From the NCBI RefSeq assembly GCF_963921235.1, contig NC_086097.1, positions 153,700,001 to 153,764,000 on the forward strand: a DNA stretch of 64,000 bases. The letters are read 5' to 3'. The notes below the pieces were generated by a model. That model was not told the origin of the DNA. It ran no database searches and saw nothing but the letters and a program-made list of their open reading frames with translations. Source of the stretch: Mobula hypostoma. Taxonomy: Eukaryota. The position numbers and the translations under genes are program-made. Of this stretch, positions 62,934 through 64,000 are shown piece by piece; within the stretch, counting starts at the first letter, position 1; each line of letters opens with the position of its first letter.

Positions 62934-64000
62934 GTTTCACTCCTTTCACAACAAATTCTCCAACATCACAACTTTTAAACAAAGTAAGTCTCATTCAGTA
63001 ACTTATCAAAGTTTTTGCAAGAATAATCAGTTCATCCAGAAATTCAAATTCAGATCCTTTGAATAAAAAATAAACTTATATATCCAACCATATTAAATCC
63101 TTTACGTCTTGAACTATTCCAGACCCACACTGGTTCTTTAATGTTAGGAGGCTCGCCATCTTGTTTCTTGGTCTGTTGGATGATATGGTGAGTCATCCAC
63201 AGAGTCAATCCACAATACTGTACTTACATTCATAAACTGACCTGCATACAACAGGATTACAATCTGTAAATTCTAACGTGCATTCTATTTTCTATTTCAA
63301 ATTAACTCAATATCACATTGCCATTTCCAAATATTTCTTAGTTACAACACTACTGAATGTATTTCACAAACAAGTTACACACTCAGACCAATAAAAGTGT
63401 TTTAACTCTCAAAATCTCTTGTTATGATTCAACAGAACTAATTCCCAGTTACATGGTAGAAATCTTGTACACTACTTTCTCCCAATATCATCTTGTTTTT
63501 GCTGATGCTTGTTACAGTCGTAGCTTCAATAAATCTTTTATCGATATTGTCTCTCCTCCAGGGGTGTCATCCTGAGGATTTCAGGTAAGTAGGGTAGAGG
63601 TACTAACTACTAATTACACTTTTGTTAGTTTATATATTTAGTTAGTTTCTATAGTTTGCTGCATTTCTGTCGCTTGTCCATGCCTCATTAGCCATGCTCG
63701 CATTGCTTTTTTAAAAAAAATTCAATAAACCTCGTTTTCATCCCTCCAGAGATGGAGCTTACTAACATTACATCTTTGGGTTTAATTAACCTGGATTACA
63801 ATGGTTTCATCAAAACTGTACAATCGTAAAGAAACATCTCTACGTTTAAAAACCAGCTCCTTTGTAATAAAGGGGAAATGTTAATTGTCTTCTTAACCAA
63901 CATCTCTTGAACTGCTATCTCCAGAACTCCTTGGTCATGTATCTCTTTAGATTTCTCCTCCTTAGATGCTACTTAAAAACTATGTCTTTGGCTTTGATTT

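Larger units (their letters stand above)
61777..64000 (-). mobile_element. Internally deleted LTR retroelement/ERV with tRNA-Arg PBS (right boundary not seen)
   Basis: Two diverged direct repeats start with TGTAAC (61777-61994, 62388-62623). A PBS lies next to the second, with a short gag-like stretch between them. Confidence 0.7.

Overview
Vertebrate genomic DNA, most likely a cartilaginous fish (inferred from the repeat content). It looks like an intron or intergenic region made mostly of nested transposons, and no host protein-coding gene could be identified with confidence. CR1 LINEs are numerous, including a young 5'-truncated copy with an uninterrupted ~2.6-kb ORF2 (13130-15875, -). A Penelope-like element carries a GIY-YIG endonuclease ORF (16254-17763, +), and its terminal repeat holds a perfect minimal hammerhead-ribozyme motif. 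A ~405-bp-stem fold-back copy of that repeat (9340-10205) and many short palindromic derivatives are also present. Other elements include a decayed Sushi-like chromovirus, two older Gypsy relics, two solo LTRs, Rex1/Babar LINEs, an R4/Dong element, a Hero-like element, a Tc1 derivative, a probable hAT relic and tRNA-derived SINEs. The right end holds an internally deleted LTR/ERV-like element with a tRNA-Arg primer-binding site. Family calls rest on motifs read by eye, and boundaries of decayed copies are approximate.
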